DNA of 64,000 nt from Hyphomonadaceae bacterium (GTDB lineage: Bacteria; Pseudomonadota; Alphaproteobacteria; Caulobacterales; Hyphomonadaceae). The notes under the pieces are model-generated. The model searched no databases and was not told the origin of the DNA. It was given only the letters and a program-made list of their open reading frames with translations. Within the stretch, counting starts at the first letter, position 1. Each line of letters starts with the position of its first letter. This document shows positions 46,008 to 54,605 of this stretch, piece by piece. The DNA lies in contig CBDDIR010000002.1 of the NCBI GenBank assembly GCA_965229115.1, forward strand, positions 32,410 to 96,409, read 5' to 3'. Position numbers and translations under genes: made by a program.

Positions 46008-46708
46008 GACGACTGCCCTACCGGAGGATGCGAGGAGAATTCCATGCCTTCCCGAACTTTGATCACTTCGCCAGGCTTCAGTTCATTGAATTCACCGTCG
46101 GCGCCGATCAGATCGAGCTTGTAGCCGGCGGGAACCGAAAAGGCCGCCAACAATTCCTCGGTCGTCCACTTGCGGCGTTCGAGCTCGAAGGCGTTTTCCT
46201 TATAATAGACCGTGACGGTCTTTTTCGCCTTGCGAAGCTTAAAGCGCTCGACGGTGCGGGGCGACAAATCGACGATATCCTCATCATCGAACTCGATATC
46301 GCCGTCGTCCGTGTCCAGGAAAAGGGTCAGGTCCTGCCCCGCGTTCGCCAAGAACTTAATGTGCTTGGCGGCAAGCAAATCCTGTGGCCACTCCATTGAG
46401 CGACCTTCCACGGTGAAGCGGTTATTGCTCGGCCCCTTCACGACAAAGAAGCGTTCGACACCGGGATCGGTCAAATCCACCGCCTCGGTCGGTCGGATCG
46501 ATTCGAGTTCGCCGCTCTTCAAATGACAAAGAATGGCGAAGTCCTCAAGCGGATACGCGTTGGCGATTTCGCCGACCTGCGCACCGACGATTTTGGCGTC
46601 CGCGATGTGCTCCGTCCGGAAATCGAACGTTTCGTCGCTCCACTCAAACGCGAACTGCTTTTCCTTGCTCGTGGCTGCTGCCTCGACTTCTATTTCAGAG
46701 ATCCGCAT
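46004..46708 (-). CDS. bilA: Multi-ubiquitin (tandem beta-grasp) protein
   Basis: Start MRISEIEVE (ATG 46706-46708, AAGGA RBS). Three ~70-aa internal repeats each end in a ..VDL....VERF.. type pattern (AVDLTDPGVERFFV / IVDLSPRTVERFKL / third repeat ..KPGEVIKVREGMEF). The C-terminus is PPVGQSS. Confidence 0.6.
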   Translation of the reverse strand: MRISEIEVEAAATSKEKQFAFEWSDETFDFRTEHIADAKIVGAQVGEIANAYPLEDFAILCHLKSGELESIRPTEAVDLTDPGVERFFVVKGPSNNRFTVEGRSMEWPQDLLAAKHIKFLANAGQDLTLFLDTDDGDIEFDDEDIVDLSPRTVERFKLRKAKKTVTVYYKENAFELERRKWTTEELLAAFSVPAGYKLDLIGADGEFNELKPGEVIKVREGMEFSSHPPVGQSS

Positions 46709-46784
46709 CTCTTTGGTCCTTTCACTGATCGAGCTCTCTGCCCGCATCAATATGGAACAGTAGAATCGCATTCTCGTCAATACC

Positions 46785-46810
46785 ACAAACATTTATTTCT
46801 GATTGTTTGT
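46785..46810. promoter_or_regulatory. Inverted repeat in the divergent Bil / XRE promoter region (candidate operator)
   Basis: ACAAACA (46785-46791) - 12 nt - TGTTTGT (46804-46810). TTGACA lies at 46837-46842 upstream of the XRE gene. Confidence 0.3.
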
Positions 46811-46872
46811 ATTAAGCACATTCAATGTCAGCCCTATTGACAATCTTCGCGAACAGTTGTTGCTTTGTTCAC

Positions 46873-47199
46873 ATGTCCGATATGGAAATTTACCGAATTC
46901 TCGGATTGGCTGTTGCCAAGCGCCGAAACGAACTGGGACTCACCCAAGCCGACGTGGCTGGGCGGATTGATCTGACGCGAGCATCGTTGGCGAATATTGA
47001 GACGGGCCGGCAGAAAGTTCTTCTCCACCAGCTCTACAGGCTGGCAAACGCCCTCGAAATTAAGTCGATAACCGATCTCGTTCCAGGATCGTTTCAGTTC
47101 GCCGAGAACTCGGAACCGGTTCAATTTGAGGGGAGCGATGTCAATGACCGCGAGCGCGCGCAGCTGGAGCACTTTGTCCGAACACTCGGGTCCCGTTAG
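46873..47199 (+). CDS. XRE-family HTH regulator (CapH-like)
   Basis: The segment LGLAVAKRRNELGLTQADVAGRIDLTRASLANIETGRQ is a classic Cro/C1 HTH. The start was chosen at ATG 46873 (or 46882). Confidence 0.8.
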   Translation: MSDMEIYRILGLAVAKRRNELGLTQADVAGRIDLTRASLANIETGRQKVLLHQLYRLANALEIKSITDLVPGSFQFAENSEPVQFEGSDVNDRERAQLEHFVRTLGSR

Positions 47200-47201
47200 T
47201 C

Positions 47202-47711
47202 ATGGCCAATAAGCAGACAGCTCGGGAGCGCGCCATAGAGATACTGGCGCGGTTCAACGTGCGGAGCGCGCCAGTTCCTGTGGAACGGATCGTCCGAAGC
47301 ATGGGGATTACCGTCCAATATGCCCCGTTCGATGGCGACTTGTCCGGCATGGCGTTCATCAAAGATGGCAAAAAGATTATCGGAGTGAACTCGTTGCATA
47401 GCGCAACACGCCAACGCTTCACGATTGCCCATGAACTCGCCCATTTCGTGCTTCACGAAGAGCGACTGGAATCGAAGGTTCACGTCGACAAAGGCGTTCT
47501 TAGGCGCGATACCCTAGCTTCCGAGGGTACGGACGCTGTGGAAATTGAAGCAAACAATTTCGCTGCCGAGCTTCTTATGCCGAAGGCAGTTTTGACCGAG
47601 ACGCTCGGCGGAAAGAACTTTGATTTGGAGGACGAAGAAGCCATCACCTCTGTTGCCAAGAAATTCAAGGTTAGCCCTGTAGCGCTCCAATATCGCTTAC
47701 AGCAGCTATAA
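47202..47711 (+). CDS. ImmA/IrrE-family zinc metallopeptidase (CapP-like)
   Basis: 169 aa with the HEXXH motif FTIAHELAHFVLH and a downstream EANNFAAELLMP. It starts 2 nt after the XRE stop. Confidence 0.8.
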   Translation: MANKQTARERAIEILARFNVRSAPVPVERIVRSMGITVQYAPFDGDLSGMAFIKDGKKIIGVNSLHSATRQRFTIAHELAHFVLHEERLESKVHVDKGVLRRDTLASEGTDAVEIEANNFAAELLMPKAVLTETLGGKNFDLEDEEAITSVAKKFKVSPVALQYRLQQL

Positions 47712-47724
47712 TGGCAGGCGCGGC

Positions 47725-49107
47725 GTGGGGTTCGTTGTCTACGATTTGGAAACGAGCGGACTCCACAAGCGTTTTGATCAAATTCTGCAGTTCGCGGCCA
47801 TACATACCGACGACGAGCTGGAGCCGATAGATACCCCTCTGCACATTCGAGCCCGACTTCTTCCGAGCATTCTGCCGTCCCCGAAGGCGTTGCTCATTAC
47901 GGGTCTTACTATCGAGGAGATCATAGACCCCACCGTACCGTCACTTTACAACGCGGTTTGCGAAATTCATGAGGCTTTTCTCCGGTGGAGCCCCTCCATG
48001 TATCTGGGATTCAACTCCATACGTTTCGACGAGGAGTTCCTTCGCCAGGCGTTCTATCAAAACTTACGGCACCCGATTTACGTCACGAGTATCAATAACA
48101 ATCGTGGTGACGTCTTAAGGCTTGCTCGCGCCGTCGCGCTCCTCAACCCCGGCGCTCTCACAATACCTCTAACCCCCGAGGGCCGGCGATCTTTTCGGCT
48201 ATCAGATATCGGCCAAGCAAACGCCATTCATTTCGACCGGAGCCACGATGCCCTCTCTGACGCGCAGACGACCCTAGCGCTGTGCCGACTTATCCGAGAT
48301 CGCGCTCCCGACGCGTGGTCGAGCTTCTCCAGGTTCGCAAACCGCCGGAATGTAGTGGAGTTTGTTCAAGAGGAGGAAGCTTTCGCACTCTTGGACGATC
48401 GGGCCGACAGTGACTTCGTCTGCGTCACGCTCGTTAGCAAACATCCGACCGACCGGAACTTACACTATTGCCTCGATTTGGCGACGGATATGGATTCGCT
48501 GGGTCGGCTTTCGAACGAAGAGCTTTGTGCCGAGGTAAGTCGCCGTGACGGACCAATCCGAAAGTTGCGGGCGAATGCATCTCCCATCATGGCCCAACTC
48601 TGGGAACTGGAAGACCAAAGTCTGCTGCCCGCGCCTTCCCAAGACATTGAGCGCGTGGCTCAGAGAGTTCGTTCTGACGAGGAGTTTTTGCAAAGGTTGT
48701 CGACCGCAATCCAGGCAAGCCAACCGGTCTGGCCGACCTCTGAGCACGTCGAAGAGCAAATCTACGAAGACTTCATCGGTGATGCAGACGGAGCACTATG
48801 TCAGCAATTTCATCTCGCACAGTGGCCGGAGCGCCCGAACTTCATCGGTAGGTTCGGAGATCGGCGACTGCAACGGCTCGCACAACGGCTGCTTCTGCAC
48901 GAGCGGCCCGACCTACTAGATCAGCACCGCCAATCAGCACTCCTTGTCGAGGTCCAACGAAGGCTGGATGGATCGATCACCGACGCGCCATGGACCACAC
49001 TGCCAAAAGTGGAAGCCGAGATCCAAGCTCTGTCAGCCGAATGTTCCGAACGCGATCGACGCATACTGGACGGTTTCAGCAAGTATTTAGCCAACCGGTT
49101 TCCTTAG
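47725..49107 (+). CDS. Exodeoxyribonuclease I (SbcB)-family 3'-5' ssDNA exonuclease
   Basis: 460 aa. VVYDLETSGL, LGFNSIRFDEEFLRQAFYQN and HDALSDAQTT are the DEDDh motifs. Collinear similarity to E. coli ExoI includes QIYEDFIGDADGA (ExoI: QLYNGFFSDADRA). It starts 13 nt after the immA-like stop. Confidence 0.8.
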   Translation: MGFVVYDLETSGLHKRFDQILQFAAIHTDDELEPIDTPLHIRARLLPSILPSPKALLITGLTIEEIIDPTVPSLYNAVCEIHEAFLRWSPSMYLGFNSIRFDEEFLRQAFYQNLRHPIYVTSINNNRGDVLRLARAVALLNPGALTIPLTPEGRRSFRLSDIGQANAIHFDRSHDALSDAQTTLALCRLIRDRAPDAWSSFSRFANRRNVVEFVQEEEAFALLDDRADSDFVCVTLVSKHPTDRNLHYCLDLATDMDSLGRLSNEELCAEVSRRDGPIRKLRANASPIMAQLWELEDQSLLPAPSQDIERVAQRVRSDEEFLQRLSTAIQASQPVWPTSEHVEEQIYEDFIGDADGALCQQFHLAQWPERPNFIGRFGDRRLQRLAQRLLLHERPDLLDQHRQSALLVEVQRRLDGSITDAPWTTLPKVEAEIQALSAECSERDRRILDGFSKYLANRFP

Positions 49108-49151
49108 CCAATTCTGCCTATAGCCTTCAGAGGCCGCCCGCGCCATTTGCG

Positions 49152-50216
49152 TCAGAGCACCCCCCACGCCCGAAACCTCCCCCTCCCCGTCATCTCGCGC
49201 AAGCCGAGCTCTCCGATGATCCGGAGCGCCGCTTGCGGCGTCATCTCCAGGGTATTGGCCACCATGCCGGCCGACACCAGCGGCCGGCCCATGACCAGCT
49301 CGACGAGCTCCGGCAGCTTCGACGATGTCCGTCGCCCTGCGAGCTTCCGCTCCATCATTGTTCGAGCGAGCGCCAGCCGGTCATGCTCCTTCAGTCCAAT
49401 CTCGGCCGCCGCGATCAGTCCGCCAGCAATGGCCGCCAGCCTCGTCTGCCTCTCGCGATGGCAGCGCCGATCGACGGGAATGGTTTTCAGGCCGAGATTG
49501 ACGGCGGCGAGATGCGCCGAGGTCGTGACGCCGGCCTGCCGCAGGATCGAGGCTGCGAGCAATCGGCCGAGCCAGGACGCATGCTGCAGCACTGACAGTT
49601 CGTTCCAGGCATCGAGGGCGACGATCGCCTGCAGAACTGCCGGCAAGTCCTGCGCATCCATGAGCACGCCCTTCCACTCTTCCAGCCGCGCGTCCTCGTC
49701 CCAGTCGAGATCGTAGACAATTGGATCCTTCTCGCGACCAGCGGCACGGACAGGACGCTTTGCCTCCTCGATCGCCGCCTCTGAGCGTGCCAGCACCGCA
49801 TCGATGGCGGCGAACTCGGCGTCGAGCGCATTGGCATCGTCAACGTCCTCCGTCCCCTCCCGTTTCCCGTCTACCTCTTCGTTGAACTCGCTGCTGGTCG
49901 CCGCGTCGTTCTCGGGGGCGGTAATCGCACGGCCGGCGATCCCGGCACCTCGCACGCTGCGGAGGCCGTCGGTCGACAGTGCCCAGCCTGGGGGATACGC
50001 TGCAATCCGCCGCCTTGTACGCAATACATCGCGGGCGATCGTCAGCTCGTGGGTCGGCGCGCGAATATCTTTCGTGGCGTCGTGGAGAACGAGGTCTTCG
50101 AGATGGACAAGTTCGCCGTCGATCCAAAGTGAAGCGCAGGCATCGGCGAAATGCATGCGTTCGATCCAGCCTTCTCCGACCGGAGAGCGGGCGATGCGCT
50201 CGTCGAGACGGGTCAT
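49152..50216 (-). CDS. RHE_PE00001-family-like plasmid protein (DUF1612 + C-terminal HTH)
   Basis: 354-aa [49 protein letters not shown]... It is recognised from memory as the family found next to repABC regions in Rhizobium plasmids. Confidence 0.5.
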   Translation of the reverse strand: MTRLDERIARSPVGEGWIERMHFADACASLWIDGELVHLEDLVLHDATKDIRAPTHELTIARDVLRTRRRIAAYPPGWALSTDGLRSVRGAGIAGRAITAPENDAATSSEFNEEVDGKREGTEDVDDANALDAEFAAIDAVLARSEAAIEEAKRPVRAAGREKDPIVYDLDWDEDARLEEWKGVLMDAQDLPAVLQAIVALDAWNELSVLQHASWLGRLLAASILRQAGVTTSAHLAAVNLGLKTIPVDRRCHRERQTRLAAIAGGLIAAAEIGLKEHDRLALARTMMERKLAGRRTSSKLPELVELVMGRPLVSAGMVANTLEMTPQAALRIIGELGLREMTGRGRFRAWGVL

Positions 50217-50329
50217 GGCGATGGCTGTGGCTTTTACTTCCAGATTTCAATCCGGGGAATGTCATACGCCAGTTTGGTTCTGGCGCTAAACTGGAGACGA
50301 TTTTCAGCTAATGATTTCAGCGAGGCCCT

Positions 50330-51982
50330 TTGCCAAAGCGATTTCACGATCGAAGCTCGCCGGCGGCGCGCCCGGTCTTGGACGAGCACTGGTCGATGGC
50401 GCGTCGAATGGCCCGCGAGCTGGACAAAATCCTGGATGGCGGCAATCCGAAACATGCTGCCATCAAACGCGCGGCGGCTGAACTGCGGCTCACCACCCGG
50501 CAAATCTATAATCTCCTGGCCCGTTACCGAGCCGATCGCACTGTGACCAGCTTGCTTCCTCGCACCGCTGTCAGTCGGCGCAAGCGGCTGCCGGAACAGG
50601 TGGAGGCGATCATCGCGGCCACACTTCGCGAGAAGTGGCTGACGCTTGAGCCGACCCCACTTGCTCCCGTGGTCGACGAGATCCGCGCGCGGTGCGAGGA
50701 AGCCGGTCTTGCCGTTCCCTCATATGTGACGGTCGCTCGGCGCATCCCGATGTTGTTTTCGCCGGAAGAGATCGCGAAGAAGCGATCGGCCAATCCAAAG
50801 CACTTGCTGCGGCTGAAGCCGCGTCCCGGCTATATCCATGCGCCACACCCGCTCGCCGTCTGCCAAATCGACCATACGCCGACTGATATCCATTTCGTGG
50901 AGGTGGTCGATGGCGCCGGTGTGTTCGTCGGCCGGCCCTATTTGACTGTCATCACCGACGTGGCGACGCGATCCATCGTCGGCTTCTGCCTCACCTTGGA
51001 AAAGCCGTCGGTTCTGTCCGTTGCGCTTTGTCTCGCCCAAGCCATGTGCCCGAAAGACACATGGCTTGCAGCGCGCAATCTCAATCACGCCTGGCCGATG
51101 TTCGGTCGACCGCAGCTGCTCGTCACGGACTCGGCAATGGAGTTCAAGGGACACGCCTTCCAGCGAGGATGTGACGATTATGGGATCCGGGTCCGCTACC
51201 GCGATCGAGGCCGTGTCCATCAAGGCGGGGTCGTTGAGCGGCTGCTGGGAAAGCTCAATGCGGTCCTCGCCACCTACCCGGGCTCTTCGGGCCGTTCGGT
51301 GGCCCACCGCGACGAATATCCATCCGAGCGGCGCGCCTGCCTGAGCTTCGCCGATCTGGAGCGCTGCGTGGCGCTGGCCGTGATCGATCACAACCTGCAG
51401 GAAAATTCCAAGACCCTGAAGGTCCCTATGACGGAATGGCAGCACAACGCAACTGCCCTGCCTCGTTTCGACGATGACCCGCAGCGCGTGCTGTTGTCGT
51501 TCTCGCCGGGGACGGAAAGACAATTGTCACCGCAAGGAATCAGCATGTTCGCCATGCACTATTATTCGCCGTGGCTGAGCGCCGTCGTTCCCGAGCGTGA
51601 CCGGCTCGGAAAGCTCGAGGTGCGATACGATCCTCGCGATATCAGTCATGTCTATATCCGCGACCCGGAAACGCGACTATTCCGACCGGTCGAGAGACGC
51701 GACGGCCAACTGACGTCGGTGACGCTGTGGGAACACGAGGCAGAGCGCGCGCGTCGGCGCACAATTAATCATCGGCCAAATGTTGAGAAGGTGGCGCTTC
51801 GCCGTGAGATCGCAGCCATCGTTGAGGCTGCCAAGCCTTCCAAGCGCCAGTTGCGCGATGCTGTCCGCAGCGTACATGCCGCTGCGGCGGAAAAGCCTTA
51901 TGCCATTATGCAGCAGCCGGCGCCTCCCCCGGCAGAGCATCCTCCGCGTCAAAAGAGTCGGTTGCCGGTGGAGGATTGGTAG
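50330..51982 (+). CDS. tniA: TniA/TnsB-like DDE transposase (Mu-type)
   Basis: An N-terminal HTH (LRLTTRQIYNLLARYR) is followed by the DDE core CQIDHTPTD...LLVTDSAMEF...GGVVERL and a Mu-transposase-like C-terminus. The start is uncertain (TTG 50330 up to ATG 50396). Confidence 0.8.
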   Translation: MPKRFHDRSSPAARPVLDEHWSMARRMARELDKILDGGNPKHAAIKRAAAELRLTTRQIYNLLARYRADRTVTSLLPRTAVSRRKRLPEQVEAIIAATLREKWLTLEPTPLAPVVDEIRARCEEAGLAVPSYVTVARRIPMLFSPEEIAKKRSANPKHLLRLKPRPGYIHAPHPLAVCQIDHTPTDIHFVEVVDGAGVFVGRPYLTVITDVATRSIVGFCLTLEKPSVLSVALCLAQAMCPKDTWLAARNLNHAWPMFGRPQLLVTDSAMEFKGHAFQRGCDDYGIRVRYRDRGRVHQGGVVERLLGKLNAVLATYPGSSGRSVAHRDEYPSERRACLSFADLERCVALAVIDHNLQENSKTLKVPMTEWQHNATALPRFDDDPQRVLLSFSPGTERQLSPQGISMFAMHYYSPWLSAVVPERDRLGKLEVRYDPRDISHVYIRDPETRLFRPVERRDGQLTSVTLWEHEAERARRRTINHRPNVEKVALRREIAAIVEAAKPSKRQLRDAVRSVHAAAAEKPYAIMQQPAPPPAEHPPRQKSRLPVEDW

Positions 51983-52863
51983 CAATAGTGGATCATTTGA
52001 TCGAGCATGTCCGGCCGTATCTTGATCGCGATCAGGAGGAAAGGATCGCCTATATCCGCGCGCCACGGTGGATCGGGCATCATGTCGCCCAGGATAGCCA
52101 TCGGCGACTTGCCGAGCTTCTGTTACGGCCTCCGTCTTTGCGAACCCAGGGGCTGATGTTGGTCGGCCCCTACGCCAACGGTAAGACGATGATTGCCGAG
52201 CGGTTCGCCGTCGAGCACCTGAGAACCTCGCCCAAGCAAAGGGTATGGATAGCCCAGACACGCGAAGGCGCCGGCCTTGGCCATTTCTATGCCAGCATTC
52301 TCCAGGCGCTGCGGGCGCCCGGCGCCGATATGTGGAACCTCGGCCGCAAGGCCGAGCAACTCGATCACTTGTTGGCCAGCGTCAGGCCGAGGGTGCTGAT
52401 TTTCGACGAATTTCACAATGCGTTGCGGGGCCGTGCGCGCGACGTCGAAGCCGTATTTGCTTTCCTGCGGCGGATTGGCCGCCAGTATGACATCTCGCCG
52501 GTGCTGATTGGCGAGGTGGCCGTCTGCGATTTTATCAACGCCACCAGCGAGATGGCGAGCCGCTTCGACCTGGTCGCAGTTCCACGCTGGCAATATGACG
52601 AGAACTATCTCATGCTGCTCGACAGTCTCGAAGCCGCTTTGCCGCTCGCAAAAGGCTCGGATTTGTCGAACGAACCGTTGGCGCGGCAAATATTCAGCCT
52701 CTCGGAAGGCCTGATCGGCGAAATCGTCACCATCGTCACAAAGGCAGCTGTCGCGGCGATCAGATCCGGGAGCGAACGCATCACCAAGGCCGGAATCGAC
52801 GAACTGCGCCATGTGCCGGTCTCGCAGCGGCGCAACAGGACCTTGCGCGAGAGCCTTCTATGA
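51976..52863 (+). CDS. tniB: TniB AAA+ ATPase
   Basis: Walker A is LMLVGPYANGKTM and Walker B is VLIFDEFHN. It overlaps the tniA stop. An alternative GTG start lies at 51988. Confidence 0.8.
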   Translation: MVAIVDHLIEHVRPYLDRDQEERIAYIRAPRWIGHHVAQDSHRRLAELLLRPPSLRTQGLMLVGPYANGKTMIAERFAVEHLRTSPKQRVWIAQTREGAGLGHFYASILQALRAPGADMWNLGRKAEQLDHLLASVRPRVLIFDEFHNALRGRARDVEAVFAFLRRIGRQYDISPVLIGEVAVCDFINATSEMASRFDLVAVPRWQYDENYLMLLDSLEAALPLAKGSDLSNEPLARQIFSLSEGLIGEIVTIVTKAAVAAIRSGSERITKAGIDELRHVPVSQRRNRTLRESLL

Positions 52864-53897
52864 TGACGGCCGACGCGCACGCGCCGGCAATCAGCCTTCT
52901 CGAACGATATGGTGACGTGGTTTCTGACCTGTGGCCGGTCACTGTGATTCCGCAGTCAGACGAATTGCTGTCAAGCTGGTTGCACCGGCTTGCCTTTGCC
53001 AACGGAGTATCCCCGAGAGCATTCGCGCGCGTGCTCGGACTTAATCCGGGAATGTGGTCGGCCGCCCTCGATCTGAGGCTGCCGGCCGACATAGCAAACC
53101 TGCTGTATGCCAAAACGGGCGTCGCGCCCGATCAGCTCGCGGCGATGACATTGTCGCAGGATCTGCCCAAACAACTCTTGCTGCCGCTACGCTACAACGG
53201 GCATCGCGACAGTTCTACGTGGCTGCAGTTCTGCTGCCGCTGTTTAAGCGAGGATGCGCAACCCTATTTCCGGCGTCGATGGCGGCTGGCGACACGGGTT
53301 TCTTGCACAGAGCATGGCTGTCGATTGCGCGATCGCTGTCCGTCCTGCAACAGCTGCATTGCAGTCTTTGACCAGAGCGAACTCGTGCCGCAACATTTTT
53401 GTGCTGCGTGCGGCTACGACTTACGCCGCGCACCAATCCCTTACCTCAGTCCAGTGACGAGAACGTTCGACCGATGCATCGACAATGTATGCAGCCTGGA
53501 AGCGATCGTCCACTCCCCGTCGGGACCCATGCTTATTCGCCGGCTCTTGAGCTTGCCCAGTGCAGGCGGATACTACTCGGCGATGATCCTCACCAGTCTG
53601 TCGACAGCGGCAAGGGCTTACTGCGCCGAACGTCTCAATTGCCCAAGTGAAGGGCCGGTGGATGACGCCGAGGATGAGGAACGCAAAGCACGCCGTCTGA
53701 GACGCCTGATTCCGCCGCCGTGTGATCACCACGCCTGGATCGAGCTTCTGGCGAACGCTCTCAGGCGAAGCAGAGGGCGCCCGAATGTCTCGAAAGGCAA
53801 GGAGCCGGCTATAAAGCTTCCGGACCTGCTCAGCGCCTATGCCAGAATGAACCCAGGTCCCGGCCGTCGCCGAGCGCAGGAGATGATTGGAACCTAA
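52860..53897 (+). CDS. tniQ: TniQ-family protein
   Basis: The N-terminal TniQ signature is PQSDELLSSWLHRLAFANGVSP, with Cys clusters CCRCL...CTEHGC...CPSCNSC...CAACG. It makes an ATGA overlap with tniB. Confidence 0.75.
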   Translation: MMTADAHAPAISLLERYGDVVSDLWPVTVIPQSDELLSSWLHRLAFANGVSPRAFARVLGLNPGMWSAALDLRLPADIANLLYAKTGVAPDQLAAMTLSQDLPKQLLLPLRYNGHRDSSTWLQFCCRCLSEDAQPYFRRRWRLATRVSCTEHGCRLRDRCPSCNSCIAVFDQSELVPQHFCAACGYDLRRAPIPYLSPVTRTFDRCIDNVCSLEAIVHSPSGPMLIRRLLSLPSAGGYYSAMILTSLSTAARAYCAERLNCPSEGPVDDAEDEERKARRLRRLIPPPCDHHAWIELLANALRRSRGRPNVSKGKEPAIKLPDLLSAYARMNPGPGRRRAQEMIGT

Positions 53898-53921
53898 AGA
53901 GGCCGCACAGGACCTAACTCG

Positions 53922-54605
53922 TCACTCCTCCAGTACGTCGCTCTCAGCCAGCCCAAGCGCGGTTTCCTTGAGCGCCTGCCGGCTGAGCAGCCCGGCGTCC
54001 TCGAGCCCCTCCAGATCAGGCAGGTCACGCAGTGTCTCAAGGCCGAACGCCGACAGGAAATGCTTCGTCGTCACATAGGTGTAGGGCGCGCCGTGTGTCG
54101 GGCTGCGCGGGCCGGAGCTGAGAAACCCGGCATCGCGAAGGCCGGCAATCATGTCGCGGCTTATCTCCTTGCCGAACATGTTGGACAACTCGCCGCGGGT
54201 CACCGGCTGCAAGTATGCGATCGCCGCCAGCACCACAGCCTCGTTTTCCGACAGCGACGCGGCGACGCTACGCGTTGGCGCCTGCGAGGCACGGATCGCA
54301 GACGCGTAAGCCGAACGGCTTCGATGCTGCCATCCCCCGGCGACCGCAACGATGTCATAGGGACGTGACCGCAGATCCTCGCGCAAATCATCGATGATGA
54401 GATCGATGCTGCAGCCGCAACCGACCACGCGCGCCAAAATCTCACGGCTGACCGGCTCGGCGGCGGCAAAGATCACTGCTTCTACCCGCAGCATCCATTC
54501 GCGCCAGCGCAGCTCCGGCGGCAGATCTTCGAGCTCGCGATCAAGCAACACTTCGTCCTGCGGCCGTGACTTCCGTCGTGTTGCGCTTGATCCAGCCATC
54601 GTCAC
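53922..54605 (-). CDS. scpB: ScpB-like segregation and condensation protein
   Basis: 227 aa. EAVIFAAAEPVS, LSENEAVVLAAIAYLQPVTRGEL and YVTTKHFLSAFGLETLRDLP are typical ScpB wHTH segments. It makes a GTGA overlap with the upstream gene. Confidence 0.7.
   Translation of the reverse strand: MTMAGSSATRRKSRPQDEVLLDRELEDLPPELRWREWMLRVEAVIFAAAEPVSREILARVVGCGCSIDLIIDDLREDLRSRPYDIVAVAGGWQHRSRSAYASAIRASQAPTRSVAASLSENEAVVLAAIAYLQPVTRGELSNMFGKEISRDMIAGLRDAGFLSSGPRSPTHGAPYTYVTTKHFLSAFGLETLRDLPDLEGLEDAGLLSRQALKETALGLAESDVLEE

Larger units (their letters stand above)
50260..53909 (+). mobile_element. Tn5053/Tn402-like tniA-tniB-tniQ transposition module, apparently without cargo or resolvase
   Basis: Three coupled tni genes lie between two plasmid-backbone genes. 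The left end is TGTCATACGCCAGTTTGGTTC (50260-) with TTTTCAG/TTTCAG repeats. The possible right end TGTGCGGCCTCTTTAGGTTCC (reverse complement ending at 53909) is only an imperfect match. No target duplication was seen. Confidence 0.45.

Noticed and set aside
30596-49151. att-like direct repeats bounding the serine-recombinase module plus island (CCAATTGGCTTACGG near 30611 vs CCAATTCTGCCTATAG near 49108)
   Set aside because: The shared core is only 7 bp followed by scattered matches, which is indistinguishable from chance without comparative data.
50720-52812. 267-aa and 229-aa minus-strand ORFs inside tniA/tniB
   Set aside because: They are antisense shadow ORFs, and the tni frames carry the DDE and Walker motifs.
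50255-53914. Target-site duplication for the tni element
   Set aside because: The flanking pentamers (GGGAA on the left, GGACC on the right) differ, so the proposed ends remain tentative.
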